64,000 nt of DNA from an uncultured Pelagibacteraceae bacterium (GCA_902589175.1 CACIRX010000001.1:67983-131982), one strand, 5' to 3'. Shown: positions 1-10,315, numbered from the stretch's first letter. A program made the numbers and translations. The notes: generated from the sequence alone by a model not told the origin.

Positions 1-590
1 ATTTATCAAAGAAAAACAATGTAAAAGTGATTACGATCGCGGAGGATGTTGCTGCCTCAGGAGGTTATATGCTGATGTGTGCAGGAGATACCTTAATCGC
101 CAATAAAAGTTCTATAGTCGGATCTATAGGCGTGATCAGTGCCTCTTTTGGATTCAAAAAATTAATAGATAAACTAGGCATTAAAAGAAGAGTTTTTACA
201 AAAGGAGATAGAAAATCGTTTCTCGATCCATTTGAAGAAGTTTCTAAAAAAGACATAGATAAGTTGATCAAAGTTCAGGATAGTATATTTGAAAATTTTA
301 AAGATTTAGTATCAAAAAATAGAAAAAAGAAAATAGACCCAAAAAAAGTTTTTAATGGGGAGTTTTGGACAGGCGAACAAGCAAAAAAACTCGGTTTAGT
401 AGATTCTAATGAAGAACTAAACTCATACATTGAAAAACATTATGGAAAAAAATTAAAGATTAGGAACATAGAAGAAAAAAAATCATTCATTAAAAATATT
501 TTAAATAATCAAATTTCAAATAACGATATTGTTGACCAGCTTACAGAAGCTCTAAGGGAAAATTCTTACTGGAGTCGATATGGCCTCTAA
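1..590 (+). CDS. Signal-peptide peptidase SppA/SohB-like (peptidase S49), C-terminal part; 5' end is outside the window
   Basis: The frame is open from base 3 (LSKKNNVK precedes the GTG at 27 used by the ORF track). '[13 protein letters not shown]...IVGSIGV' resembles the S49 serine-peptidase core. Confidence 0.7.
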   Translation, partial: LSKKNNVKVITIAEDVAASGGYMLMCAGDTLIANKSSIVGSIGVISASFGFKKLIDKLGIKRRVFTKGDRKSFLDPFEEVSKKDIDKLIKVQDSIFENFKDLVSKNRKKKIDPKKVFNGEFWTGEQAKKLGLVDSNEELNSYIEKHYGKKLKIRNIEEKKSFIKNILNNQISNNDIVDQLTEALRENSYWSRYGL

Positions 591-1938
591 AAACATGGAA
601 GACCTCGTTTCATTATGTAAAAGACGGGGGTTTATTTTTCAATCAAGTGAGATTTATGGTGGTTTGCAAGGAATATATGACTATGGTCCACTCGGAGTAG
701 AATTAAAAAATAATCTTAAATCCTCCTGGTGGAAATCAATGATCTATGATCGGGATGATGTTGAGGGGCTTGACGCGTCAATTCTAACAAGTAGGCATGT
801 ATTAAAGTATTCAGGCCATGAAGACACTTTCTCTGATCCTTTAGTCGACTGCAGAAATTGTAAAAATAGATTTAGATCTGACCAGGCTAAAGATGGAAAA
901 TGTCCAGAATGCGGATCTAGTGATCTAACTGAACCTCGACCATTTAATCTTATGTTTAAAACTACAGTTGGTCCAGTAGATGATGGCAGTAATTATGCCT
1001 ACCTAAGACCGGAAACTGCACAGCAAATTTTTACAAATTTCAAAAATATATTGGATTCAACAAGTAAAACTATTCCTTTTGGAATTGCGCAGATAGGTAA
1101 AGCTTTTAGAAATGAAGTCACTCCAGGTAAATTCATATTCAGAGTTAGAGAGTTTGAACAAATGGAATTAGAATTTTTTGTTGAACCAGGTAAAGATGAC
1201 GAGTGGCATAAATATTGGGTAGACAAGAGGTATTCATGGTGGATTGATCAAGGCATATCTGAAAAAAGATTAAAAAAGCTAGATGTTGAAGACGCTGACC
1301 TATCTCACTACTCAAAAGCTACTGTAGATCTTATGTATGAATTTCCACATGGACTTGAAGAATTAGAAGGAATAGCAAACAGAACTGATTTTGATCTTGG
1401 TTCTCATACTAAAAATCAAAATGACTTTAAAATATCCGCAGATGTAATGAGAAATAACCAATCAACAACGAAATTGAGTATTCAAAATTTAGAAAGTAAA
1501 GAATGGTATATCCCGTATGTTATAGAACCCTCCGCTGGTGTTGATCGAGGTGTATTTGCACTACTCAATGAAGCTTACAAGGAGGAGGATTTAGAAAACG
1601 GTAATAAAAGAATAGTGTTAAGTTTAAAACCGCATTTGTCTCCAATTAAAGCAGCCGTGATTCCTCTAAAAAGAAATAATGAGGATTTAGTCAATAAAGC
1701 GAGCAAGATTAAGAATGATCTTCAAGCACTAGGTATGGGAAGGGTCATTTTAGAAAACTCTGGTAATATTGGAAAAGGTTATAGACGTCATGATGAGATT
1801 GGCACGCCTATTTGTATAACAGTTGATTTCGAAACAATCGAAAATGATACAGTGACTATAAGAGATAGAGATACCATGTCACAAAAAAGAGTATCATCTC
1901 AAGATTTAAAACTCGAATATAAAAAAGTTTTTAATTAA
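580..1938 (+). CDS. glyQS: Glycyl-tRNA synthetase, single-chain alpha2 (GlyQS) type
   Basis: 452 aa. N-terminus '[34 protein letters not shown]', class-II motifs ('FRNE', 'GVDR') and the anticodon-binding C-terminus are typical of dimeric GlyRS. A CxxC...CxxC insertion is present. Confidence 0.9.
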   Translation: MASKNMEDLVSLCKRRGFIFQSSEIYGGLQGIYDYGPLGVELKNNLKSSWWKSMIYDRDDVEGLDASILTSRHVLKYSGHEDTFSDPLVDCRNCKNRFRSDQAKDGKCPECGSSDLTEPRPFNLMFKTTVGPVDDGSNYAYLRPETAQQIFTNFKNILDSTSKTIPFGIAQIGKAFRNEVTPGKFIFRVREFEQMELEFFVEPGKDDEWHKYWVDKRYSWWIDQGISEKRLKKLDVEDADLSHYSKATVDLMYEFPHGLEELEGIANRTDFDLGSHTKNQNDFKISADVMRNNQSTTKLSIQNLESKEWYIPYVIEPSAGVDRGVFALLNEAYKEEDLENGNKRIVLSLKPHLSPIKAAVIPLKRNNEDLVNKASKIKNDLQALGMGRVILENSGNIGKGYRRHDEIGTPICITVDFETIENDTVTIRDRDTMSQKRVSSQDLKLEYKKVFN

Positions 1939-2400
1939 CTATATATTTCTTCTCGGAAATTCTATTTTGCTAAATGGCCAAGATGTTTCTAACCATTTTT
2001 TAAATGTTTTTCCTAATTCATTCTCTAAGCCGCTATCAAGTAAATCTTGTCTTATCCAATAGTATGCTTGTACTTCATACTCAGGGTTGTCGGAGGGATA
2101 AATATAACAACAACCAATTACATCATCCTCTTCTTTTGTCGATAAAACTGTGTAAGCGAAAGAATGTCTAAGAGAAAACTCCACTTCATGCCACCCCAGA
2201 TCGGCAAGATTTTCATTTAATGTCATTTTTTTTGGCCATTCACTATCGTCCATTAGTTTATATAGATGGTCTACACTTTTCATTACTGCCTCATAGTCTT
2301 GATCGACATGTTTTATTGTTAGTGGTCTTAAGATAAAATTTTCAGTTACCAATTCTGCAGGAACTTTAAAACTATTTTTAACTATTGGACGGCTGTACAT
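1939..2400 (-). CDS. Conserved hypothetical protein, GNAT-like acetyltransferase fold suspected
   Basis: 153-aa ORF whose ATG directly abuts the nadC stop codon (0-nt spacer). The function call rests only on weak resemblance to GNAT proteins. Confidence 0.45.
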   Translation of the reverse strand: MYSRPIVKNSFKVPAELVTENFILRPLTIKHVDQDYEAVMKSVDHLYKLMDDSEWPKKMTLNENLADLGWHEVEFSLRHSFAYTVLSTKEEDDVIGCCYIYPSDNPEYEVQAYYWIRQDLLDSGLENELGKTFKKWLETSWPFSKIEFPRRNI

Positions 2401-3240
2401 TTAAATTTCTAGTCCAAAATCAACGTTTTCAATGCTATGGGTAAGTTGTCCGATTGAAATTCTATCAATTTTTGTTTTCGCATAGGACTTAATATTTTTT
2501 AAATTAATATTTCCAGATGCTTCACAAAGAAACCTTTTTTTAACCATTTTTAAGCACTGAGAAATTTGTTTCTCAGTCATATTATCGAGAAGCACAATAT
2601 CTATTTTCTGATTTAAAATTTTTTTCAGTTGTTTAATTGTGTCAATTTCAACTGTAATTTTCTTTTTTAACTTTGATTTTTTAATTTTATTTATATTCTC
2701 AATCAATCCTTCTTTATTTCCAAGATGGTTATCTTTTATGAAATAAAAATCTGATAAAGAGGCCCTGTTTACATGCGCGCCACCAATTGTAAGAGCATAT
2801 TTTTGTACCTGTCTCACACCAGCAATTGTTTTTCTCGTTGAATAAATTTTAACGCCGTAAGGTGCCGCAATATCAACAAATTTTCTTGTTTTTGTTGCAA
2901 TGCCAGACATGAACCCTAAAAAGTTTAGAGCTGTTCTCTCTGCAATTAATATACTTTGCGCATCACCATCAACGTCAATAATTTTATTTCCCTTAACCAC
3001 TTTACTTCCATCTTTTTTTAAAACTTTTATTTTAATTTTACTATTGAGTGCTTTAAATGTTTGAACAGCAAACTCAGTTCCACAGACAATCGCATTCTCT
3101 TTTGCGACTATAGATGCTTTAAGCTTTGTTTTTTTAGAAATTAAAACTTTTGAGGTTATATCACCATATCTACCAAAATCTTCTTTCAAAGCAATTTTGA
3201 TTTTTTCCTTAATATCTTTTTTAGCTAACAAGTTTTTCAT
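2401..3240 (-). CDS. nadC: Nicotinate-nucleotide pyrophosphorylase (quinolinate phosphoribosyltransferase)
   Basis: 'AERTALNFLGFMSGIATKT' QPRTase signature. I prefer the internal ATG at 3240 (MKNLLAKKD...) over the track start at 3285. This reduces the overlap with nadB to 20 nt. Confidence 0.9.
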   Translation of the reverse strand: MKNLLAKKDIKEKIKIALKEDFGRYGDITSKVLISKKTKLKASIVAKENAIVCGTEFAVQTFKALNSKIKIKVLKKDGSKVVKGNKIIDVDGDAQSILIAERTALNFLGFMSGIATKTRKFVDIAAPYGVKIYSTRKTIAGVRQVQKYALTIGGAHVNRASLSDFYFIKDNHLGNKEGLIENINKIKKSKLKKKITVEIDTIKQLKKILNQKIDIVLLDNMTEKQISQCLKMVKKRFLCEASGNINLKNIKSYAKTKIDRISIGQLTHSIENVDFGLEI

Positions 3241-4834
3241 TAACTTCTGATATAGTAGAATCCAAGATAGTTTTGATATAACCATCTACTTCTGAATATT
3301 TAATATCAAAATGCTTAATAAAATCTTTATCAGTATCTTGATAATCAGATCTTAAATGGCAACCTCGACTTTCTCTTCTTAAATAAGCGCCTATGATAAT
3401 AAATTTGCTAACCAAAATCATATCATTAAGTTTAGCTGAAAGGCCTTTTGACTCTCTCTCAATTTTTAGTACATCATTCAGACCTCTGATAATTGAGTCT
3501 TTATTTCTAACAATTCCTAAATTTCTCATCATTGAAGACCTTAATTGCCATATATATTTTTTTGCTCTTATTTTATTTTTAGTTTTCTCTTTAAAAATTT
3601 TAATAAATTTAGAGCTAATATGAATATCCTTTTTTATATTCTTTTTATTTATCTCATTTGCAACAATCTTAGCAAATACAAGAGACTCCAATAGTGAATT
3701 GGATGCAAGGCGATTTGCTCCATGAATACCAGTTGCAGCAACCTCTCCACAGCACCAGAGTCCTTCAACAGAAGTCTGTCCTTTTAGATCAGTTTTTACT
3801 CCACCTATATGATAATGAGCGACAGGAATTATTGGCAGCAGGTCTCTTTCAGGATCTAAGTCTGCATTTTCACAATAGGATGAAACTTGAGGAAAACGAG
3901 TATTAAAATTACTACCCATATGCCTACAATCTAAAAATACTGAATTTCCTTTTTCAATTTGTTTGAATATATTTTGAGCAATAAGATCTCGTGGTGCCAA
4001 CTCATGATCAGGATGAATACCGAACATAAACCTTTCTTCATCTTGATTTACAAGGTAAGCCCCTTCACCTCTAATCGCCTCAGTAGCTAAAGGAGTAGGG
4101 TCTAAGCCAAAATCAAGACCTGTTGGGTGAAATTGTACAAACTCCATGTCAGTAAGCGTTGCACCAGCATGAGATGCCAACGCCACGCCCTCTCCATAAG
4201 AACTTCGTGGGTTGGTCGTATTTGCAAAAATACCTCCCAAACCACCTGTCGCTAAAACTACATGAGAACTTTGGATAACTACATTACTGTCAGGAACATT
4301 ATTGTCAGTAAATCTTCCAATTACTCCGTAAATAGTATTTTCTTCTGTCATAATTCGATCAATTGAAACATTTTCTAAAACTGTAATGTGATCACTTTTT
4401 TTTACTTTTTCAATTAAGCCGCGCATAATTTCAAGACCAGAACTATCACCTTTTGATCTTATGATTCTATTGAAGCTATGAGCGCCTTCTAGCCCTAAAT
4501 TAAAAGTACCATCTTCATTTTTATCAAAATTAACTCCGTATTCCTCTAAATCATCAATGATGCCTTTTGCATTTTTTACAACTTCTTTAATCGCATTGAT
4601 ATTTGCTAAGCCTTTTGCTGTAGTCAAAGTATCATTTATGTGGCTTTCAACACTGTCATCCTTTGAAACTGCAGCCGCAATCCCTCCTTGTGCCCAACTG
4701 CTTGAAGTGTTTATCCCAAGTGAACTTTTAGTAATTACACAAACTTTTCTTGGCGCTAAATTAAGTGCAACAGTTAAACCGGCTACACCGCCACCCACTA
4801 TTACAACATCAGGGCTATAAATAGCATCAGACAT
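3221..4834 (-). CDS. nadB: L-aspartate oxidase
   Basis: N-terminal FAD motif 'VVIVGGGVAGL', 'HYHIGGVKTD', 'RLASNSLLE'. The start overlaps the nadA stop (TAATG). Confidence 0.9.
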   Translation of the reverse strand: MSDAIYSPDVVIVGGGVAGLTVALNLAPRKVCVITKSSLGINTSSSWAQGGIAAAVSKDDSVESHINDTLTTAKGLANINAIKEVVKNAKGIIDDLEEYGVNFDKNEDGTFNLGLEGAHSFNRIIRSKGDSSGLEIMRGLIEKVKKSDHITVLENVSIDRIMTEENTIYGVIGRFTDNNVPDSNVVIQSSHVVLATGGLGGIFANTTNPRSSYGEGVALASHAGATLTDMEFVQFHPTGLDFGLDPTPLATEAIRGEGAYLVNQDEERFMFGIHPDHELAPRDLIAQNIFKQIEKGNSVFLDCRHMGSNFNTRFPQVSSYCENADLDPERDLLPIIPVAHYHIGGVKTDLKGQTSVEGLWCCGEVAATGIHGANRLASNSLLESLVFAKIVANEINKKNIKKDIHISSKFIKIFKEKTKNKIRAKKYIWQLRSSMMRNLGIVRNKDSIIRGLNDVLKIERESKGLSAKLNDMILVSKFIIIGAYLRRESRGCHLRSDYQDTDKDFIKHFDIKYSEVDGYIKTILDSTISEVNEKLVS

Positions 4835-5856
4835 TAGCTGCTTCTGCCAATTTCAAGCATACGATCAATGGAAAGACGAGCTTTATCGATAATTGTCTTA
4901 TCAACTTGAATTTGATATTGGTTAAATCGAATAGCATCATAAATTTTTTTCAAAGAAATTCTTTTCATATGAGGACAAAGATTACAAGGTCTAATAAACT
5001 CAACATTAGGATTCTCTATGGCTACATTGTCACTCATTGAACATTCCGTAACCATAATGACCTTTCCAGGTTGATTATCTTTTACATAATTACTCATACC
5101 GGCAGTTGAGCCTGCAAAGTCACTTACTGCAATTACTTCAGGTGAACATTCGGGATGCGCTAGTACAACTATATCTTTGTGTTGTTTTTTATAAGCCAAT
5201 ATTTCATCTGCAGTAAATCTTTCATGTACCTCACACCGACCTTTCCAAGAAATAATTTTCACATCTGTTTGAGCTGCGATATTTTTTGCAAGGTATTCGT
5301 CAGGTAGAAATATAACTTTATCAACACCTAAAGACTCTACTACATGTTTTGCATTTCCTGATGTACAGCAAACATCTGTTTCTGCTTTAACATCAGCTGA
5401 TGTGTTCACATATGTAACAACTGGTACTCCAGGATATTTTTGCTTTAATAATCTTATATCTTCTGCGGTTATTGACTCAGATAAAGAACAACCTGCACGA
5501 GTATCTGGAATTAAAACATTTTTATTTGGGCTAAGTATTTTTGCTGTTTCAGCCATAAAATGTACGCCACATACAATTATTGTATCTGCATCAGAATCTC
5601 TCGCTTCGTAAGCCAATTTCAATGAGTCGCCAACAATGTCAGAAACACAGTGGAAGATCTCAGGTGTCTGGTAATTATGTGTCAATATCGCAATATTTTT
5701 TTCTTTTTTTAGCTTATTAATTTCATGAATCAGTGGAGCATGAAATGGCCACTCAACTGCAGGTATAATTTTCTCTACACCTTTATATAGATGAGCTGTT
5801 GCATCCTTTACTTCAGAATTAAAATCTGACGGATATTGCAAATTTTCATTCAACAT
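4834..5856 (-). CDS. nadA: Quinolinate synthase A
   Basis: '[11 protein letters not shown]' and conserved Cys residues of NadA. First gene of a nadA-nadB-nadC string. Confidence 0.9.
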   Translation of the reverse strand: MLNENLQYPSDFNSEVKDATAHLYKGVEKIIPAVEWPFHAPLIHEINKLKKEKNIAILTHNYQTPEIFHCVSDIVGDSLKLAYEARDSDADTIIVCGVHFMAETAKILSPNKNVLIPDTRAGCSLSESITAEDIRLLKQKYPGVPVVTYVNTSADVKAETDVCCTSGNAKHVVESLGVDKVIFLPDEYLAKNIAAQTDVKIISWKGRCEVHERFTADEILAYKKQHKDIVVLAHPECSPEVIAVSDFAGSTAGMSNYVKDNQPGKVIMVTECSMSDNVAIENPNVEFIRPCNLCPHMKRISLKKIYDAIRFNQYQIQVDKTIIDKARLSIDRMLEIGRSS

Positions 5857-5948
5857 GATTATTTTTTACTATAGTTTAATATTACAATTATAGTTAAATG
5901 TATATATTTCAACATATCAACAATTATAAAAAAAAAAGGATAAAAGCT

Positions 5949-6034
5949 GCCGTCGTGCTGGAATTGGTAGACAGGCTGGTTTGAGGGATCAGTGAACGTG
6001 GTTCGTGAGAGTTCGAGTCTCTCCGACGGCACCA
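5949..6034 (+). tRNA. tRNA-Leu (anticodon GAG), long variable arm, CCA encoded
   Basis: Hand-folded. Acceptor gccgtcg/cgacggc, anticodon stem ctggt/atcag with loop ttGAGgg, T-loop gttcgagtc, 3' ACCA. Confidence 0.9.
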
Positions 6035-6061
6035 AAAAGTCAATCTAATGGTTTATATTAA

Positions 6062-6946
6062 ATGAAAATTTTATTTATTGGCCCTACAAGAATAGGTGAT
6101 ACAATTCTCTCTACTTCAATATTAAACTTTTATATTAAAAAGTTTGATCAATGCAACATCTCAGTTGTAACAAGTTCATTTGCAAAAGATTTATACAAAT
6201 TTATGCCTCATCTTCAGGAAATAATTGTAGTTGATAAAAAAAGATTTGGCCTTCACTGGTTAAATATAATTAAATTTTCAATTTTTAGTAGATGGGATTT
6301 AGTGATCGATTTAAGATCATCAGCGACATCTTATTTTTTGAATACAAAAAAAAGAATGATATTTAGAGGAAACGAGCTTTCACATAAAGTTATGCAATTT
6401 AGAGAATTTATAGATACAAAAGAAGCTCTCATTCCAGAAATATGGTATAGTCAAGAAGATGCAGACATTAGTTATAAAAAAATAAAAAATAATGATCACT
6501 TAATTGCAGTTGCACCGTATTCCAATTGGCCAAAGAAGGATTGGTCACTAAATAAATATAAAAACTTACTTCAAAATGAATTTTTTAAGAACCACACTAT
6601 AATACTAACGGGTATTTCAAGAGATATAATTAATAAAAGGGAAATTGAGGAATTTATAAATACATCAGAATTAGAAATAATTAATCTTTTTGATTGGGGC
6701 AATTTGAGAAATATGGTTCCCATATTTAAGAAATGCCGTTTTTTTATTGGAAGTGACAGTGGTCTGATGCATCTTGCGGCATCTTCAGGGTGTAAGACAG
6801 TTGCTCTTTTTGGACCTACGAATGATTTGGTATATGGACCATGGGGAAATCACAAAGTAATTAAATCAGATAAGGATCGAGATTATGGTCTTGAAAATTT
6901 ATCTGTTGAAAATGTACTAAATAGCATAAAAGAATTTATAAAATGA
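6062..6946 (+). CDS. Glycosyltransferase family 9 (LPS heptosyltransferase-like)
   Basis: 'MKILFIGPTRIGD' N-terminus and C-terminal 'GSDSGLMHLAAS...GPT' motif typical of GT9. Confidence 0.75.
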   Translation: MKILFIGPTRIGDTILSTSILNFYIKKFDQCNISVVTSSFAKDLYKFMPHLQEIIVVDKKRFGLHWLNIIKFSIFSRWDLVIDLRSSATSYFLNTKKRMIFRGNELSHKVMQFREFIDTKEALIPEIWYSQEDADISYKKIKNNDHLIAVAPYSNWPKKDWSLNKYKNLLQNEFFKNHTIILTGISRDIINKREIEEFINTSELEIINLFDWGNLRNMVPIFKKCRFFIGSDSGLMHLAASSGCKTVALFGPTNDLVYGPWGNHKVIKSDKDRDYGLENLSVENVLNSIKEFIK

Positions 6947-8253
6947 TTGATCTCTTAATAAAAAATGGAAAAATTGTAACCCACGACAATGAAAAAATAG
7001 CTGATATTGCTATTAAAAATGGAAAAATAATCAAAATTGGCAAGCTATTTAATTTAAAGTCAAAAAAGACCATTGATGCAAAGGGCTTGCATATTCTACC
7101 AGGAGCATTTGATACACAAGTTCATTTTAGAGAACCGGGTAATACTAAAAAAGAAAATCTCAAAACAGGTAGCTTAGCGGCTGTTGCAGGGGGGATTACT
7201 TCAGTTTTTGATATGCCTAACAACAAACCAAGTATCACGACTAAAAATCTTTTTATGAAGAAACTGCAGACCGCTAAAAAGAGAATGCATTGTAACTACG
7301 CATTTTATTTTGGGGCTGAGAAAGATAACATTAGAGAAATTAAGAAAGTTGAAAAAATTAAGGGCTGTTGTGGAGTAAAGGTTTTCGTTGGTTCCTCAAC
7401 AGGCACACTGCTTGTTTCGAACCACGCTGACATTGAAAAAATTATGAGATCAACGAAGAAAATGATCTCATTCCATTCTGAAAATGAAGATCTGCTTATT
7501 AGTAGAAAAAAGTATGCAAAAAAAGGCAGACCGTTAAGCCATCAAGTTTGGCGTAATGTAGATACTGCAATTACCTCAACAAAAAAATTAATAAAATCAG
7601 CAAATAAATGTAAGAAAAAGATACATATTCTTCACATAACTACAGCGGAAGAAATTAAATTACTTTTAAGAAACAGAAAATATGTTTCATTTGAAGTAAC
7701 ACCTCAGCATCTCGTGTTGGTATCCCCAGAATGTTACAAAAAACTTGGCACATATGCTCAAATGAATCCTCCCATTAGAGGAACCAAGCATAGAAATGTT
7801 CTCAGAAAAACTCTGCAAAAAGGTCAAATTGACATTATTGGATCAGATCATGCCCCACATTTAAAGTCAGAAAAAAATCAAACTTACCCGAATAGTCCAT
7901 CAGGAATGCCAGGTGTACAAACTTTACTTCCTATTCTATTAAATGAAGTATCGAAGAAAACAATTTCATTGAATGAAGTAGTAAAGCTAACAAGCTTTAA
8001 TCCTAAAAAAATATTTAAGATTAAAAATAAAGGGTTAATTAAAGTTGGTTATGATGCTGATCTAACTATTGTTGATATGAATAAAACTAAAAAAGTTTTG
8101 AATAAAGATATGAAAACAAAATGCGGATGGACACCTTTTAATGGCATGAAATTAAGAGGTTGGCCTGTGGGAACAATAATTAATGGTAAAGCTGCATTTT
8201 GGAATAATAAAATAAATAAATCAGTATTTGGTGACCCAATAAGCTTTAATTAG
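6943..8253 (+). CDS. pyrC: Dihydroorotase (amidohydrolase, class I type)
   Basis: 'DTQVHFREPG' metal-binding HxH-type motif, 'GSDHAPH'. 4-nt ATGA overlap with the upstream gene. Confidence 0.85.
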   Translation: MIDLLIKNGKIVTHDNEKIADIAIKNGKIIKIGKLFNLKSKKTIDAKGLHILPGAFDTQVHFREPGNTKKENLKTGSLAAVAGGITSVFDMPNNKPSITTKNLFMKKLQTAKKRMHCNYAFYFGAEKDNIREIKKVEKIKGCCGVKVFVGSSTGTLLVSNHADIEKIMRSTKKMISFHSENEDLLISRKKYAKKGRPLSHQVWRNVDTAITSTKKLIKSANKCKKKIHILHITTAEEIKLLLRNRKYVSFEVTPQHLVLVSPECYKKLGTYAQMNPPIRGTKHRNVLRKTLQKGQIDIIGSDHAPHLKSEKNQTYPNSPSGMPGVQTLLPILLNEVSKKTISLNEVVKLTSFNPKKIFKIKNKGLIKVGYDADLTIVDMNKTKKVLNKDMKTKCGWTPFNGMKLRGWPVGTIINGKAAFWNNKINKSVFGDPISFN

Positions 8254-9023
8254 CTTCGAGCAATAAAAGAAGTATTTTTAAAATTCTTCTTGCCATAGCA
8301 CAGAATTTTACGATCTAAAGTTCTTATTCTTCCTCCAGCAAATCTCAATATAGCATCTCCAGCTGCCGTATCCCATTCCATTGTAGTCCCAAAACGAGGG
8401 TATACATTTGCTAAACCATGTGCGATGTAACATAATTTTATTGAACTTCCTGAACGGATTATTTTGTTAGCATTGAATCTTCTAAAAATCATTTTTTTTG
8501 CCTTTTCTATTTCACTCTTAGCAAGTGAGTGAGATCTACTAAGAATAACAATATTTTTATTTCTTTTTTTAACTTTAATTTTTCTTATATTTGTAGGCTG
8601 TCCTTTTTTACTCAATTTTGAGAAATAAGATTTTTTATCTTTTGTGAAATAAAGCTTGTTTTTAGTAGGCATATAAATAATCCCAAAAACTGGTTTTTTA
8701 TTTTCAATCAGACCTATATTAACAGTGAATTCGCCGTTACCTTTTAAAAATTCTTTTGTCCCATCTAATGGGTCTACCAACCAAAATTTTTTCGCAGCTT
8801 TACCTTTTTTAATCTGTTCTTCAGAAACAATAGAAATTTCAGGAAAATGAAGCTTTAAGCCCTTACAAATTATATCATTCGCCCTGATATCTGCATTTGT
8901 CACAGGTGTATTATCGGACTTGTATTTTTTGGTTACCTTTTTTTTATAGATTTTGATGATTTCAATGCCGGCAAGATGAACAATCCTAATTATTTCATCA
9001 AGTTTTTCAGGTGTTATGTTCAT
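8250..9023 (-). CDS. cysQ: 3'(2'),5'-bisphosphate nucleotidase / inositol monophosphatase family
   Basis: 'WLVDPLDGTKEF' and 'WDTAAG' IMPase-family motifs. Confidence 0.75.
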   Translation of the reverse strand: MNITPEKLDEIIRIVHLAGIEIIKIYKKKVTKKYKSDNTPVTNADIRANDIICKGLKLHFPEISIVSEEQIKKGKAAKKFWLVDPLDGTKEFLKGNGEFTVNIGLIENKKPVFGIIYMPTKNKLYFTKDKKSYFSKLSKKGQPTNIRKIKVKKRNKNIVILSRSHSLAKSEIEKAKKMIFRRFNANKIIRSGSSIKLCYIAHGLANVYPRFGTTMEWDTAAGDAILRFAGGRIRTLDRKILCYGKKNFKNTSFIARS

Positions 9024-9097
9024 ATAAGGAGTAAAGCTTGTAAAATAGACAATAAGACAAATATATTATACATACCAGAGCAAAATTATTAAATCTT

Positions 9098-10195
9098 ATG
9101 GAAAATAATGTGAATAGCATAAAGGGAAATAATCCTATTGTGGTAGCTATGTCAGGTGGTGTTGACTCATCAGTAGCTGCTGCGCTAATGAATAAGGATT
9201 ATCAAGATGTGATAGGTGTCACTTTAAGACTATATGATGAAAAAAAAGTAGCAAATTCTAAAACATGTTGTTCTGGTGCGGATATAATGGATGCAAAAAA
9301 AATAGCTAACACAATAACTATTCCACATTATGTTTTCGATTATGAAGAAATATTTAAAAAAAATGTTATTGAGCCTTTTATTAACGAATATAAATCAGGA
9401 AGAACTCCCATACCTTGCATAAACTGTAATGAAAAAGTAAAGTTTCTAGACCTTCTGTCTTTTGCAAGAGAAATCAATGCTAAGTCATTAGTAACAGGAC
9501 ATTATATAAAAAAAGTAAAAATAGATAATGAGTGGAGATTGTACGTTCCTCAAGATAAAGACCGAGATCAGTCCTATTTTCTTTTTACAATGAAGAAAGA
9601 CGATCTGGATCTCATCGAATTTCCTCTGGGTGATTACAAAAAAGATGAGATAAGAGATTTAGCTTTAAAATTAAATTTACACGTATTTGATAAAAGTGAC
9701 AGTCAAGATATTTGCTTTATACCCGATGGTGATTATAAAAAGTTTATAAATAAGAATATTGGAAGCAATGAAGGCGAAGTTGTAGATGTTGATGGAAATG
9801 TACTTAACAAACACAACGGTATTCAAAATTTTACAATTGGACAGAGGCGAGGTTTAGGAGTTTCAAAAGATGAGCCTCTTTATGTAAAAAAAATTGATAG
9901 AGATAAAAATAGAGTTATTGTAGCAAATAAAGAGAATATTAGTTCCTCAACTATATATGTTCAAAACGTAAACTTAATTGCGAAAAATTTACCAAAAGAT
10001 CTATATGTAAGAGTTAGATCAACTGGAAAATTATTAAGTGCAAAAATAGAAATTAACAAAGAGGATGAAGCAACAATTTATCTAGAAGCTCCTGAAACTG
10101 CTATATCACCAGGTCAGGCTTGTGTTTTTTATTGTAAAGATGAAATAGGAACACGGCTCTTAGGAGGTGGCTGGATCCATTCGACAAATGATTAA
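9098..10195 (+). CDS. mnmA: tRNA-specific 2-thiouridylase
   Basis: PP-loop 'VVAMSGGVDSSVAA', conserved catalytic Cys residues, 'DQSYFL'. Confidence 0.9.
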   Translation: MENNVNSIKGNNPIVVAMSGGVDSSVAAALMNKDYQDVIGVTLRLYDEKKVANSKTCCSGADIMDAKKIANTITIPHYVFDYEEIFKKNVIEPFINEYKSGRTPIPCINCNEKVKFLDLLSFAREINAKSLVTGHYIKKVKIDNEWRLYVPQDKDRDQSYFLFTMKKDDLDLIEFPLGDYKKDEIRDLALKLNLHVFDKSDSQDICFIPDGDYKKFINKNIGSNEGEVVDVDGNVLNKHNGIQNFTIGQRRGLGVSKDEPLYVKKIDRDKNRVIVANKENISSSTIYVQNVNLIAKNLPKDLYVRVRSTGKLLSAKIEINKEDEATIYLEAPETAISPGQACVFYCKDEIGTRLLGGGWIHSTND

Positions 10196-10219
10196 TATTG
10201 TATATTATGGCTCATCTTT

Positions 10220-10296
10220 GGCGGGGTAGCTCAGTTGGTTAGAGCGGAGGAATCATAATCCTTAGGTCGGGGGTTCAAATCCCTCTCCCGCTACCA
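10220..10296 (+). tRNA. tRNA with CAU anticodon (elongator Met or lysidine-modified Ile2; not initiator-like), CCA encoded
   Basis: Hand-folded 77 nt. D-arm gctc/gagc, anticodon stem gagga/tcctt with loop atCATaa, T-arm ggggg-ttcaaat-ccctc. It lacks the three G-C pairs of initiator anticodon stems. Confidence 0.85.
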
Positions 10297-10315
10297 TTAA
10301 ATTTCTTAAATTTGC

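Noticed and set aside
3241-3285. Large same-strand overlaps implied by the longest-ORF track starts: nadC 3285, redoxin 12038, atpI 31465, dsbA-like 34717, TPR protein 40480, greA 48479.
   Set aside because: Internal ATGs give N-termini that match the family (signal peptides, conserved first motifs) and remove or shrink the overlaps. These are probably longest-ORF artefacts rather than real overlaps or frameshifts.
5868-5899. ACTATA-N15-TATAGT inverted repeat and TATAGTT(T)AA direct repeats upstream of nadA as a candidate NAD-regulon operator.
   Set aside because: The arms are only 6 bp, made up almost entirely of A/T with a single G/C position per arm, in a spacer that is itself nearly all A/T. 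This is expected by chance, and no cognate regulator gene is nearby.
5949-10296. The segment bounded by tRNA-Leu and tRNA-Met/Ile2, with glycosyltransferases next to each tRNA, as a possible integrated genomic island.
   Set aside because: There is no integrase, no tRNA 3'-end direct repeat and no compositional break. The content (pyrC, cysQ, mnmA) is housekeeping.
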